A stretch of 64,000 nt of DNA from Candidatus Latescibacterota bacterium (GCA_965208835.1 OZ242358.1:2208001-2272000), one strand, 5' to 3'. Positions 29,972 to 39,881 are shown, counted from the first letter of the stretch. Numbers and translations: made by a program. Notes: a model not told the origin generated them from the letters alone.

Positions 29972-30781
29972 ATGATGCGAATGGAGGGACAGGTTGCCTG
30001 GGTGAGCGGCGGCGCTTCCGGAATGGGAGAGGCCACGGCAGAACTGTTCGCTGCGGAGGGTGCCCGCGTGGCCGTTGTCGACGTCCAGGAGGAACGCGGT
30101 CTCCAGGTGGTGAACCGCATTGCGGAACAGGGCGGAGATGCGGTCTTTCTGGCCTGTGACGTGGCAGAGGAAGGACAGGTGCGGGCTTCGATCGATACGA
30201 CCGTGGCGCGTTTCGGGAAGCTCCAGGCCGTTGTCAATTGCGCGGGAATCGTACACGTGGGGCGCCTCCATGAATATACGGAGAAGGATTGGGACCGGCT
30301 GATGGGGGTAAATCTCAAGTCGATTTATTTTTCGCTCAAGTACGCCATCCCTCACTTCAGGGAGCATCGGCGAAGTTATATGGTGAATATAGGATCGGTG
30401 GGAAGCCTTATCGGTCAGGCCGACACGCCCGCGTATACCACGTCCAAGCACGCGGTGCTGGGATTGAGCCGTTCGATCGCTCTGGACTACGCCAGGGACG
30501 GACTGCGCTGCAACTGCATATGCCCTGGCATAACGGACACACCCATGCTGCGGTACCATCTGAGTACGACCCCGGATCCGGCGGCCACGCTGGCGCAGCG
30601 CCTGAAGCGCGTCCCGACCGGAGCCGTCATCCGGTCCGTGGATGTCGCACGGGCAGCGGTTTACTTCTGCTCCGAGGCGTCCGCGGGGATTACCGGCACG
30701 TCCCTGGTGATCGATGGCGGATATATCGCCGCGGCCGAGTGGGAGACGTCGGGGCCAACACGATTCGCGGAGGAGCCTTGA
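29972..30781 (+). CDS. SDR family oxidoreductase
   Basis: SGGASGMG, VNCAGI, YTTSK, PGITDTPM. Confidence 0.93.
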   Translation: MMRMEGQVAWVSGGASGMGEATAELFAAEGARVAVVDVQEERGLQVVNRIAEQGGDAVFLACDVAEEGQVRASIDTTVARFGKLQAVVNCAGIVHVGRLHEYTEKDWDRLMGVNLKSIYFSLKYAIPHFREHRRSYMVNIGSVGSLIGQADTPAYTTSKHAVLGLSRSIALDYARDGLRCNCICPGITDTPMLRYHLSTTPDPAATLAQRLKRVPTGAVIRSVDVARAAVYFCSEASAGITGTSLVIDGGYIAAAEWETSGPTRFAEEP

Positions 30782-31614
30782 ACACGAAACTGGCATGCTC
30801 GGACTTTACCTTTCCCCTGCTTTCCCACGAAGACGCGCTTAAACTGGTCTCGATGCTGGGTTTCGACGGCGTGGATATCGGACTCTTCGAAGAGAGGTCG
30901 CATCTGTGGCCTTCGCGTGAGTTTGAAGATGTACCGCGCTCCGCCCGCGAATTGAAGAAAAAACTGGATGACGTCGGACTCGAGCCAGCCGATGTGTTTT
31001 TGCAGATGGCGATGGATTTCGTGCCCTTTGCGATCAACCATCCGCAGCGGTCGCGGCGTCAAAAGGCACGGGAATGGTACCTGAAAACGCTGGAATACGC
31101 CGCGGAGTGCGGGTGCGCACACGTGACGTCGCTGCCGGGTGTACATTACCCGGACGAGGCGCGCGCCGACTCGTTCAGCCGTGCCGTGGATGAATTGAAC
31201 TGGCGCGTGGCGCGGGCGGGGGAATACGGCATCGTATTCGGCGTCGAGGCGCACGTCGGTTCCCTGGTTCCACAGCCGAAATCGACGGAACGCCTCATGC
31301 AGGCGGTTCCCGGCCTGACGCTGACGCTCGATTACACGCATTTCACGAAAATCGGCCTGCCGGATTCGGACGTGGAACCGCTCATGAAATATGCCAGTCA
31401 CTTCCACGCGCGCGGTGCGCGGCGGGGCCGGTTACAGACGTCTTTCGATCAGAATGTCATCGACTACCGGCGGGTCGTCGAACTGATGGGGGCCAGTGGA
31501 TATCGAGGATGGCTGGGCGTCGAATACATATGGATCGACTGGGAGCATTGCAACGAATGCGACACCGTATCGGAAACGGTTCGATTTCGCGATTTCTTCA
31601 GATCGATGAAATGA
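30778..31614 (+). CDS. Sugar phosphate isomerase/epimerase (xylose isomerase-like TIM barrel)
   Basis: GFDGVDI, VEAH, LDYTHF, HFHAR, GWLGVEY; TTG start overlapping the SDR stop, GGAGG RBS. Confidence 0.85.
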   Translation: MNTKLACSDFTFPLLSHEDALKLVSMLGFDGVDIGLFEERSHLWPSREFEDVPRSARELKKKLDDVGLEPADVFLQMAMDFVPFAINHPQRSRRQKAREWYLKTLEYAAECGCAHVTSLPGVHYPDEARADSFSRAVDELNWRVARAGEYGIVFGVEAHVGSLVPQPKSTERLMQAVPGLTLTLDYTHFTKIGLPDSDVEPLMKYASHFHARGARRGRLQTSFDQNVIDYRRVVELMGASGYRGWLGVEYIWIDWEHCNECDTVSETVRFRDFFRSMK

Positions 31615-31662
31615 AACGCAGGGTGGATTTGGCGACCCGAACGGGGGTCAGGTTCGGCCCTA

Positions 31663-31691
31663 TTGACAAGCCAGGAATTCACGAGTATATT
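31663..31691 (+). promoter_or_regulatory. Sigma70-type promoter of ssb
   Basis: TTGACA-17 nt-TATATT. Confidence 0.7.
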
Positions 31692-31769
31692 CGATTGAAC
31701 ACGATTTCGTCAAGGATCGTGCCATCGTCCATATCAGATTGTTTTTCTTTTATTTAAAGGAGACACATC

Positions 31770-32270
31770 ATGGCACGTAGAGGTGTAAACAAGGTAATTC
31801 TGATTGGCAACGTGGGAGCGGATCCCGAACTGCGATATACACCCAGCGGAACCGCCGTCACGAATTTCAATATCGCCACCAATGAGAGCTGGTCCGACAG
31901 TTCCGGCGAACGCCAGGAGCGGACCGAATGGCATCGGATCGTGGTTTGGCGGCGGCTGGCGGAAATCTGCAATCAGTATCTGCGTAAGGGCAGCAGGGTC
32001 TACATCGAGGGGAGCCTGCAGACCCGCAGCTGGGAAACGCAGGACGGACAGAAGCGGTATACCACCGAGGTCGTCGCCAGGGATATGCAGATGCTCGACT
32101 CCAGGGAGGATTTCGATTCCGGAGGGGGGGCATCGCAGGGTTCCGGTCAACCGAATGAAGGAACGCGGGACGCGCGATCAGGTTCCCCTGAGAACGGAGC
32201 CGGAAAGGATACGGGGTCGGGCGGGTCGGGCCCGCCGCCCTTCGGCGCCGACGACGATCTCCCGTTCTGA
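31770..32270 (+). CDS. ssb: Single-stranded DNA-binding protein
   Basis: [25 protein letters not shown]-terminal DDDLPF. Confidence 0.98.
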   Translation: MARRGVNKVILIGNVGADPELRYTPSGTAVTNFNIATNESWSDSSGERQERTEWHRIVVWRRLAEICNQYLRKGSRVYIEGSLQTRSWETQDGQKRYTTEVVARDMQMLDSREDFDSGGGASQGSGQPNEGTRDARSGSPENGAGKDTGSGGSGPPPFGADDDLPF

Positions 32271-32316
32271 TTGGGGACGATTTCGACATCGGGAATCGTT
32301 CAGACTGATCCACGGT

Positions 32317-32349
32317 CACCGGGCTGCGAATTCGTCTTGCAGCCCGGTG
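32317..32349 (+). terminator. Strong hairpin after ssb (possible terminator)
   Basis: CACCGGGCTGCGA-loop-TTGCAGCCCGGTG; weak T tail. Confidence 0.45.
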
Positions 32350-32452
32350 TACTGTACGTAAATTGAAGACGTGTCGGCGGCCGGGCAGGCAATCGAATCC
32401 TCCCAGGCGCCTTTGTCCTTCGAGACAGAACCGAAATGCAGCTGGTGGCGGC

Positions 32453-33091
32453 ATGCTGAGGTCAATAGCGTTTTTTTCAGGCGCGGCGCTCATGGCATTG
32501 GAAATCGTGGGAAGCCGGGTGCTTGCGCCGTATTTCGGAAGTTCCGTTTTCGTCTGGGGCAGCCTGATCGCGGTGGTCCTGGCCGCTCTGAGTCTGGGCG
32601 CGTACGCGGGTGGCAGGCTGGCAGACCGTATGCCCACGGGACGGCCTCTTGCCGCGTTGCTGGGCATGGCCGGTCTGATGGCGTTCGTGATGCCGTGGGC
32701 GGCGGCTTCGGTCAATCGGGCGGTCTTCCTGATGAATCTGGGTCCCCGGGGCGGCCCTTTGCTGGCCTCGGTCGTAATATTCGCGATTCCGGGTGTGGCG
32801 CTGGGAGCCGTCGCGCCCTTTGTCGTCCGGATGCTCGTGGACAGGGTGGACCGGGTCGGTGGCGTTGCGGGAACGGTATCCGCATTGTCCGCCGCCGGAA
32901 GCATTGTGGGGACGCTTGGAACGGCGTTCTATCTGATACCCGCGATGGGTGTAATGCATATTCTACACCTCATCGGTGCGGTGCTGCTGGCATTGGCGGC
33001 GATGGCTCTGTGGGGAACGAGAAAGGGCGCGGAACCGTCGGGGAACACGTCGCGAATCGACGCGAGGCGGACGAGGCCGGGAGACGGATGA
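32453..33091 (+). CDS. Membrane (N-terminal) half of fused MFS/spermidine-synthase family
   Basis: FFSGAALMALEIVGSRVLAPYFGSSVFVWGSLI, GGRLAD, GSIVGT. Confidence 0.85.
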   Translation: MLRSIAFFSGAALMALEIVGSRVLAPYFGSSVFVWGSLIAVVLAALSLGAYAGGRLADRMPTGRPLAALLGMAGLMAFVMPWAAASVNRAVFLMNLGPRGGPLLASVVIFAIPGVALGAVAPFVVRMLVDRVDRVGGVAGTVSALSAAGSIVGTLGTAFYLIPAMGVMHILHLIGAVLLALAAMALWGTRKGAEPSGNTSRIDARRTRPGDG

Positions 33092-34116
33092 GGATCGTCA
33101 CAACATCGCAGAAACCTGCGGCTGCTCGATTGCGTGCAGGGTTCGCTGCCGGCGACACCCGGTCCTGTCTGATTTCGAAGGGGCTTGCCGGCACGCTGTT
33201 CTCCTTCAACCCGTCGTTCCTGTTTCTTCTGGTTTCTGTTCTCACGGCATGCAACATCCGGCCTGAGATACCGAAGCAGGAAAGACTGGTCTACATCCAC
33301 GACTCCCTGTACAATCACATCGTGGTTTCCGAAGACGGCGAAGCACGGTATCTCCGGTTTGGTTACGGCGCAAAACAGAGCGCAATGACGCTGGGAAATC
33401 CCACGGTACTGCGCGTGCCGTACACCGCTTACCTTGCGTTGGGGATGGTATTCACAAATCCGGAGCGTGCGCTGATGATCGGACTTGCGGGGGGATCGGT
33501 CGCCCGATTCGTACGGTCCGCCCGCCCGGACGTCACGCTCGACGTGGTCGAACTCGACCCCGAGGTTGTTCGCGTGGCAAAGCGGTACTTCGGCGTCGAG
33601 GCGGACGGCGGCCTGAGGATTCAGGTGGAAGACGGCCGGATGTTCGTCAAACGAACGACCGACCGGTACGACTGGGTTATCCTGGATGCGTTCCACGCGG
33701 ATTCCATGCCGCACCATCTGGCAACCGCGGAATTCTTCAATGAAGTAAGGGGAATACTCACGCCCCGCGGCGTTGTAACCATGAACGTGGCGCCCCTCGG
33801 GCCCGGCGTATTGTACCTTTCGATCATCCGGACATTGACGCGGGTGTTTCCTCAGGTGTACCTGTTTCAGGTGCCGAACCGGAGCAATATCGTGGCGGTG
33901 GCCACGCTGGATGAATCCCGGCTCGATGGCAACCAGATCGCAACAGCGATTCGTGAACTGAAAATGAGAACCGGGGACGCGCTGGAATTGCTGATCCCGG
34001 CGCCCCCTTACGGACTGCAAAAGCCCCTGGTCGAGGGTGTTCCGGAGCTGACCGACGACTATGCGCCAGTGGACTGGCTGCGATTCCGGCGGGCGCCCGC
34101 GGCAGGGATCAGATAG
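33088..34116 (+). CDS. SAM-dependent spermidine-synthase-like (C-terminal) half
   Basis: DSLYNHIVV, IGLAGGS, VVELDPEV, EDGR, ILDAF, LTDDYAPVD; ATGA overlap with upstream ORF. Confidence 0.85.
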   Translation: MRIVTTSQKPAAARLRAGFAAGDTRSCLISKGLAGTLFSFNPSFLFLLVSVLTACNIRPEIPKQERLVYIHDSLYNHIVVSEDGEARYLRFGYGAKQSAMTLGNPTVLRVPYTAYLALGMVFTNPERALMIGLAGGSVARFVRSARPDVTLDVVELDPEVVRVAKRYFGVEADGGLRIQVEDGRMFVKRTTDRYDWVILDAFHADSMPHHLATAEFFNEVRGILTPRGVVTMNVAPLGPGVLYLSIIRTLTRVFPQVYLFQVPNRSNIVAVATLDESRLDGNQIATAIRELKMRTGDALELLIPAPPYGLQKPLVEGVPELTDDYAPVDWLRFRRAPAAGIR

Positions 34117-34160
34117 ACGTGGAATCGTGCGTTAACGCGGCACGACGTTCGAAGCCCTAA

Positions 34161-34283
34161 CAGTCCGTTGATAAAGTCGCTCTGCAAGCGAGGCCGAGCC
34201 ACTGTGTCCGAAGACAGGGCGCGCAACGCAGTATTCGACTGCAAGGGCCGGCCGCAGCGCGGATGGGCTTTTTCAACGGGCTT
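34161..34283 (+). mobile_element. MITE-like family B copy (internally shorter)
   Basis: CTAA-CAGTCCGTTGATAAAGTCGCTCTGC...GGGCTTTTTCAACGGGCTT-CCAA. Confidence 0.88.
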
Positions 34284-34304
34284 CCAATCGGAAGGAGAAA
34301 ATCG

Positions 34305-35960
34305 ATGGCCGAGGTTTGGAGTCCCGAACCGGAGTTGCTGGAGTCGCTGGTTTCGGCTGTACCGGGAATCCTTGCGTCTCAGAAGGAGAACGGGCAGTTC
34401 GGTACGGAGCCGTGGGTCTGCGGTGACCAGAACGTGATTTTTGCTCTCGCCGCGGCGTGGCACCTCGAGGAGAGCAGATACCATGGCGACGATGAGGTCC
34501 TTGCTGCGATTGTTCGTGGCGGGGACGCGCTGATCGACGCCCAGGATGAGCAGGGCAAGTGGACGTTCTTGAAAAAGGACTATTCGGAGTGGGGGCAGAT
34601 TTTCATGCCGTGGACCTACAGCCGGTGGATTCGCGCGTACCAACTGGTTCAGGAAGCAATGCGCGGCGACGCGCGTGCCAGATGGGACGAGGCCCTGCTG
34701 ATGGGGTTCGACGGTATTTCCAGGACTTGCCTGGCGCACGTTCACAATATACCCGCGCACCACGCGATGGCGCTTTTCTGCGCGGGTACGGTCTTCGGAC
34801 GGGAGGACTGGCGAACCCAGTCGCGAGCGTTTATGGCGAAAGTGGCGGACGCGCAGTCGCCGCAGGGATGGTGGCCGGAGCATAACGGACCGGTCGTAGC
34901 CTACAATTTCGTCTATTCGGATTCGCTGGGGATTTACTTCGGGATGTCGGGCGACGCGGCGGTGTTGCCAGCGCTCGAACGTGCGGCTTCGTACCATGCC
35001 AGCCTGACGTATCCCGATGGCAGCCCCGTTGAGACCGTCGATGGCCGCAACCCCTACCACGGCGGCGTGCGCGAGGGCAGTCCCGGGTTCAGCCATACGG
35101 CCGCGGGCAGAGGGTACCTGGCGCAGCAGCACAGACTCCTGCTGGCCGAGGGTACAGGGTTCAATGCGGATTACGCGGCGAGCCTGCTGCTCTACGGCGG
35201 CAATGGAGAGACAATCGAGACGGCTGCCGGGAAGGAACGGCATGTCTTCCGGATGGGGGACGAGGCGACAGCGGTGAGGAACGGCCCGTGGTTCATCTGT
35301 CTGTCGGCCTTCGTTGTGGATTTCCCCCAGAATCGCTGGGGCCAGGACAGGCAGAACTTCGTAAGTGTGTTCCACGACGGGGCGGGGCTGATCGTGGGCG
35401 GTGGCAACACAAAGCTGCAGCCGCTGTGGAGTTGCTTTACCGTCGGGGACAAGGCGCTTCTCTCGCATACGCCAGGGGACGAAGACCCGGACTTCGAAGT
35501 ACCCGAGGGATTGATCCACGTGCCGGACGAGCTTTCGTACGACTCGGGCGACGACGGCGGCCGGCTGCAGATGCGCTACGGCGAGGAGACCTGCAGCGTG
35601 GACGCGAAGATTGAGTCTGAAACCGAATTGACGCTCGTGTACTCAGCGACGGGGAATTCACGTCTGCCGGTGGACGGACACGTGACGCTGATGCCGCACC
35701 TGGACCGGGAGGTGCGTTTTGCATCCGGCAAGACCGCGGTGCTGGGCGAAGCGGAGGCGGAGTGGTCCGGCGAGGCGTGGATCGAACACGACGGCTGGCG
35801 CCTGCACCTGCCGCCCGGATGCCGCGTGGTCTGGCCTGCGTTGCCGCATAACCCCTACCGGAAGGCGGGTGACTCGACCATCGAAGAAGCCCGACTGGTC
35901 GTGGTTTTGCCGTTCCGGGCCGACGTGAGACGGCATGAGTTGAAATTGGTGGTCGTTTAG
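34305..35960 (+). CDS. Uncharacterised protein, probable alpha/alpha-toroid plus beta-sandwich (lyase-like)
   Basis: AAGGAG RBS; repeated QxxxGxW/F motifs (QKENGQF, QDEQGKW, QSPQGWW), HNIPAH; function not recognised. Confidence 0.65.
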   Translation: MAEVWSPEPELLESLVSAVPGILASQKENGQFGTEPWVCGDQNVIFALAAAWHLEESRYHGDDEVLAAIVRGGDALIDAQDEQGKWTFLKKDYSEWGQIFMPWTYSRWIRAYQLVQEAMRGDARARWDEALLMGFDGISRTCLAHVHNIPAHHAMALFCAGTVFGREDWRTQSRAFMAKVADAQSPQGWWPEHNGPVVAYNFVYSDSLGIYFGMSGDAAVLPALERAASYHASLTYPDGSPVETVDGRNPYHGGVREGSPGFSHTAAGRGYLAQQHRLLLAEGTGFNADYAASLLLYGGNGETIETAAGKERHVFRMGDEATAVRNGPWFICLSAFVVDFPQNRWGQDRQNFVSVFHDGAGLIVGGGNTKLQPLWSCFTVGDKALLSHTPGDEDPDFEVPEGLIHVPDELSYDSGDDGGRLQMRYGEETCSVDAKIESETELTLVYSATGNSRLPVDGHVTLMPHLDREVRFASGKTAVLGEAEAEWSGEAWIEHDGWRLHLPPGCRVVWPALPHNPYRKAGDSTIEEARLVVVLPFRADVRRHELKLVVV

Positions 35961-36059
35961 CGGTCCGTTGATAAAGTCGCTCTGCTGGCGAGGCCGATCA
36001 ACGCAGTATTTCGACCGCAAGGGCCGGCCGCAGCCCGGACAGACTTATTCAACGGGCTG
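35961..36059 (+). mobile_element. MITE-like family B copy (shortest)
   Basis: TTAG-CGGTCCGTTGATAAAGTCGCTCTGC...TTCAACGGGCTG-TCAG; TTAG contains the upstream stop codon. Confidence 0.85.
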
Positions 36060-36098
36060 TCAGGTACGACTCATACCCGTATCGAGTGGTACTCGCGG

Positions 36099-36971
36099 AT
36101 GATCTGCACAGCTGACGGCGGGTGGTTCGAGATAATTGTGGACCTGCCCTGCCACGCGTCGGAAACGGTGTCCGAGCTGCTGTTCGGCCTTGGGAGCTGC
36201 GGTCTGCAGGTGCAGATTGGTTCCGCTCCCGGAAAGACGGGCCTCTCGGCGTACTTTCCCGCTGAAAGAGACAGCGGCCGCGTGGTATCCGGCCTTTGGA
36301 GCGGGCTTCTTGCGCTGAAAGGGGATCTGAGAAACGTACGCGTGGAAATGGCTGAGGTCGCGTCGGAGGACTGGGCCTCGTCCTGGAAGTCCCGTTTCAA
36401 GCCCGTTTACCCGGTTCCCTCCATCGTGGTTTGTCCACCCTGGGAGCGGGTCGACGATCCTGAGGGCGGCTTCAGTCTGGTTATCGAGCCGAAGACGGCT
36501 TTCGGAACCGGTCAGCACGAGACGACCCGGTTGGCCCTGAAGATGATGCATGACGTCGTAGAACCGGGCGACGTCGTGCTGGATGTGGGCACCGGCTCCG
36601 GTATCCTGAGCCTCGCCGCGGCCAGGCTCGGGGCGGCGCGGGTGACGGGTATCGATACCGATGTGCTGGCCGTTGAGAATGCCCGCGCGAATTTGCGCCT
36701 GAACAGGAATTCGGGCAACGTGGCGTTTTCCACGGGCACGCTGGAGGGCATAGCAGGTGAATTCGACGTCGTGGTCGCCAATATCGACGCACCTGCACTC
36801 GTCCGGATGCTGCTTTCGCTCCGCTCGCGTCTGGCGGCGCGGGGAAACCTGATCCTCGGGGGCGTGCAGGTTCAGGAGCAGTCGGAACTTCTGAAGGCGG
36901 TACGCGCTGCCGGACTCCAGGTAATGGAGGTCGTCGACCAGAACGGGTGGTCGGGAATCCGGGCCGCCTGA
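36099..36971 (+). CDS. prmA: Ribosomal protein L11 methyltransferase
   Basis: EDWASSWK, PPWE, AFGTGQHETT, LDVGTGSGIL, VVANI. Confidence 0.92.
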   Translation: MICTADGGWFEIIVDLPCHASETVSELLFGLGSCGLQVQIGSAPGKTGLSAYFPAERDSGRVVSGLWSGLLALKGDLRNVRVEMAEVASEDWASSWKSRFKPVYPVPSIVVCPPWERVDDPEGGFSLVIEPKTAFGTGQHETTRLALKMMHDVVEPGDVVLDVGTGSGILSLAAARLGAARVTGIDTDVLAVENARANLRLNRNSGNVAFSTGTLEGIAGEFDVVVANIDAPALVRMLLSLRSRLAARGNLILGGVQVQEQSELLKAVRAAGLQVMEVVDQNGWSGIRAA

Positions 36972-37034
36972 CAAATCGAGTCTGACGACCGCAAATCGAA
37001 TTTCGCGCATCGCCGGAACGCCGGCCGGGTTCCC

Positions 37035-38159
37035 TTATCTCTGGTCGTTGGTCAGTTTGAGCAGTTTTTCAGTCGACTTCAGTCCGTGACCGGTCAGTGG
37101 CGCAACGATGCACTCGTCTCTTTCCGTGGGGATCTTCCTGAAAGCCGCAACGGCGGTCGCGGAGGTGGGTTCGGCATACAGCCCCTGTCTGCATATATCC
37201 AGCAGGGCGCTTTCGATTTCAGCGTCCGTGACAGCGACAATCCGGCCGCCGGTCTCGTGAACGATGTCCAGGATCTGCGAAGCGCGCGTGGGTTCCGCGA
37301 TGGCGATTCCCTCGGCAATCGTACCGCTCGAGTCAACGGGGGCAAGATTTGCCGATTGATCCCGCCACATCCGGTAGAGCGGAGCGCAGCCAGCGGCCTG
37401 AACGGCGATTATCCGCGGAAGCCGGGCGATCAGCCCGTTTTCCAGAAGCTCCCGGAATCCGAGGAACGCGCCGATCAGCATTGTGCCGTGCCCCGTGGGT
37501 ACGATCAACGTATCCGGTGCGCTGAAGTCGAGTTGCTCCCAGATCTCAAACGCATACGTTTTGGTGCCCTGGAAGAAAAACGGATTCCAGACGTGGCTTG
37601 CGTAGAAGTGGCTCTCGGCCGCTTCCATGGCCGCGCGGGCCGTGTCCTCCCTGGAGCCGGGAACGCGGATCAGTTTCGCGCCGTAGAGTCGGATTTGCGC
37701 CAGCTTTCCGGGAGAAGTGGACTCGGGTACGTAAATTTCGCATTCGATGCCGGCTTTTGCCGCATATGCTGCGACCGCTGCGCCCGCGTTGCCGGAAGAG
37801 TCCTCCACGACCTTTTCGACGCCCAGCTCGAGGGCGCGGCTGATCAGAACGGAAGCGCCGCGATCCTTGAAGGAACCCGTGGGAAAGAGGTTTTCCTGCT
37901 TGACGCTGAGCGGCTTACCGTCGAACTGCATCCGGACGATCGGCGTAAACCCCTCGTTGAACGAGACGATGTGGGCATCCGCCCCAATCGGCAACGCTTC
38001 CCGATATCGCCACATTCCAGGCGGCCGGCGCCCTATCGCGTCGACGTCGATGGCGCCCTGGAATCCGACATCCAGGGCCGCGCCGCAACCGCATCTCCAG
38101 AGGCGGGTGTCAGAGCGGTGTATGGTGTCGCACGCCTGACAGGCGACCTGAAGCGTCAT
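37035..38159 (-). CDS. Threonine synthase-like PLP enzyme
   Basis: PTGSFKDRG, SSGNAG, PTGHG, EPTSA, TGHGLK; N-terminal Cys motif. Confidence 0.88.
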   Translation of the reverse strand: MTLQVACQACDTIHRSDTRLWRCGCGAALDVGFQGAIDVDAIGRRPPGMWRYREALPIGADAHIVSFNEGFTPIVRMQFDGKPLSVKQENLFPTGSFKDRGASVLISRALELGVEKVVEDSSGNAGAAVAAYAAKAGIECEIYVPESTSPGKLAQIRLYGAKLIRVPGSREDTARAAMEAAESHFYASHVWNPFFFQGTKTYAFEIWEQLDFSAPDTLIVPTGHGTMLIGAFLGFRELLENGLIARLPRIIAVQAAGCAPLYRMWRDQSANLAPVDSSGTIAEGIAIAEPTRASQILDIVHETGGRIVAVTDAEIESALLDICRQGLYAEPTSATAVAAFRKIPTERDECIVAPLTGHGLKSTEKLLKLTNDQR

Positions 38160-38944
38160 GACAGGGTTCTTCCTTTCAGCATGGCAGACGTGACGGCGAT
38201 GGCCGCGCGGCGAGGGAGTAGCCGTCCCGTGAGATTCAGCATTCTGTTGGCGAAACCATGGATCACCGAGGGTCTCTTTCCGAGTTTCCTCAGCGCCAGT
38301 GCCACGACGGCATCGGGTGCGGCCTCTCTTAAGCCACTGGCGTCCTTCATTTGCGCCACGCTTGTGAATTCGGTCCTGGTGAATCCCGGAGACAACGCCA
38401 GGGAGTCGATGCCTCTTTTTCTGTATTCCTCCCAGAGGGATTCTCCCATCAGCAGATTGAAGGCTTTGGTTGCGCCGTAGACCCCGAGGTACGGGGTCGC
38501 CTGGTACGCGGCGGTGGACGCCAGAAAGATAAGCCCGCCGCGACCACGCTCGAGCATGAGCGGCAGGTAGTGGTTGGTGAGCAGAACCGGCACGACACAG
38601 TTCAATAAGGTCATGTTTACCATGCGGTCCGGGTCCAGATCCGCGTACGCCCCGGAGAGGCCGAATCCGGCATTGTTTACGAGCAACCCGATTTCCAGGT
38701 CGCTCGTCCGATCCCCGACATGGCAGCTGGCATCAGGACCCGTCAGGTCCGCTGGAACGATGTGAGTCTTTACGCCATGGTTCCGCCGGACATCGTCGGC
38801 AAGCGCCTCCATCTCTTGCTCGCGGCGGGCTACAAGGACCACGTTCAGGCGTCTGGCCGCCAGTTGCCTTACAAATTCCGCTCCCAGGCCGGATGACGCG
38901 CCAGTAACCAGGGCCCACGGGCCATATTTCTCGTGCCATTGCAT
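38156..38944 (-). CDS. SDR family oxidoreductase
   Basis: TGASSGLG, VNNAG, YGATK. Confidence 0.92.
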   Translation of the reverse strand: MQWHEKYGPWALVTGASSGLGAEFVRQLAARRLNVVLVARREQEMEALADDVRRNHGVKTHIVPADLTGPDASCHVGDRTSDLEIGLLVNNAGFGLSGAYADLDPDRMVNMTLLNCVVPVLLTNHYLPLMLERGRGGLIFLASTAAYQATPYLGVYGATKAFNLLMGESLWEEYRKRGIDSLALSPGFTRTEFTSVAQMKDASGLREAAPDAVVALALRKLGKRPSVIHGFANRMLNLTGRLLPRRAAIAVTSAMLKGRTLS

Positions 38945-38964
38945 GCAGGAGGCGCCTCAATGAA

Positions 38965-38998
38965 CCGCGGAACCCGCTGGGAGTTTTGGAACAGCTTC
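38965..38998 (-). mobile_element. MITE-like family A, short degenerate remnant
   Basis: CCGCGGAACCCGCTGGGAGTTTTGGAACAGCTTC-TAA resembles CGCGCGAAGACCGCTGGGAATTTTAAGACAGCTTC. Confidence 0.6.
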
Positions 38999-39029
38999 TA
39001 AGGGTCCGCAGACAGCAGTTTGGATAATC

Positions 39030-39881
39030 CTAGTCTTCCAGCACGGATTCGGCCAGTGCGTCAGTATCGTCAACCATCTTTTTCCAGGCGCAATCGGAAT
39101 AGTCGGGGCCGAAGTCAAAGGGCGGGGTTTCGATGCACATTGTGCGTTTGTAGCCGATTTGCGCCGCATGCCGAAAGAACATGCGCCAGTCTACCCGCCC
39201 ATGGCCGGGGGCGAGGTGAGAATCGCGGTCGCCCGCGTTGTCGGCGAGATGAAATGCGACCATCCGCGGACCCATGACTTCAAAAAACCTGTGCGCGTCC
39301 TCTCGTGCGGCCACCAGGGCGTGACCCGTATCGAGGCAGAAGCCCAGGTTGGGATGGGCGAAGTCACGGACGATCCGCTCGAAATGCCCGGGTCGGGATG
39401 TAAACCGGCCGCCGCCGGACGGAAGCATATTTTCCAGAGCGATTGTGAAGTCAAGGCCTTCCGCTTCCCGCAAGAGTGCGTCGAGGCTCTTTCCGATCTG
39501 GATGAAATAGGTTTCGAGTCCCTCCACATTGGCGTCGGTCCGGTTGGTGGTCGGATGCTGGATGCCGACCGTTGCCCCGATCAGCGATGCTCTGCCCATC
39601 CACAGGCGCATCTTGTCCACGGCCTGCCGGCGTGTGGTTTCATAGAAGGAAGCGATGTCGTCGTCTGGGGAAAAGGGCAGGTGAAACGTCTCGATGCACA
39701 GCCCCGCCGATCGATAGCTGCCGCCAATTGCCTGAAGTTCGGCTTCGGTCTTCCCCTCGAACAGCGGGGTTGCGCCTTCGATGCCTGCCAGACCGGCGAA
39801 GCGACAGGTATCGATGATTTCATCGTGGGTCTTTTCGGCGAGCCCGTAGCCCGTCGTGGTCCACGTCCAGCCTTTCTGCAT
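39030..39881 (-). CDS. Sugar phosphate isomerase/epimerase (TIM barrel)
   Basis: HLPF, IALENM, CLDTGHA, HLADN, DSHLAPGHG, CIE. Confidence 0.87.
   Translation of the reverse strand: MQKGWTWTTTGYGLAEKTHDEIIDTCRFAGLAGIEGATPLFEGKTEAELQAIGGSYRSAGLCIETFHLPFSPDDDIASFYETTRRQAVDKMRLWMGRASLIGATVGIQHPTTNRTDANVEGLETYFIQIGKSLDALLREAEGLDFTIALENMLPSGGGRFTSRPGHFERIVRDFAHPNLGFCLDTGHALVAAREDAHRFFEVMGPRMVAFHLADNAGDRDSHLAPGHGRVDWRMFFRHAAQIGYKRTMCIETPPFDFGPDYSDCAWKKMVDDTDALAESVLED

Noticed and set aside
31696-31709. Gram-positive-type SOS box near the ssb promoter (TGAAC-ACGA-TTTCG)
   Set aside because: Two mismatches to CGAAC-N4-GTTCG and no equivalent upstream of uvrB
34154-36063. Family B elements as integron attC sites (CTAAC... 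and ...GTTAG ends, palindromic, flanking single genes)
   Set aside because: No integron integrase in the window, copies are scattered in both orientations, and the CTAA/TTAG flanks are better explained as direct target-site duplications
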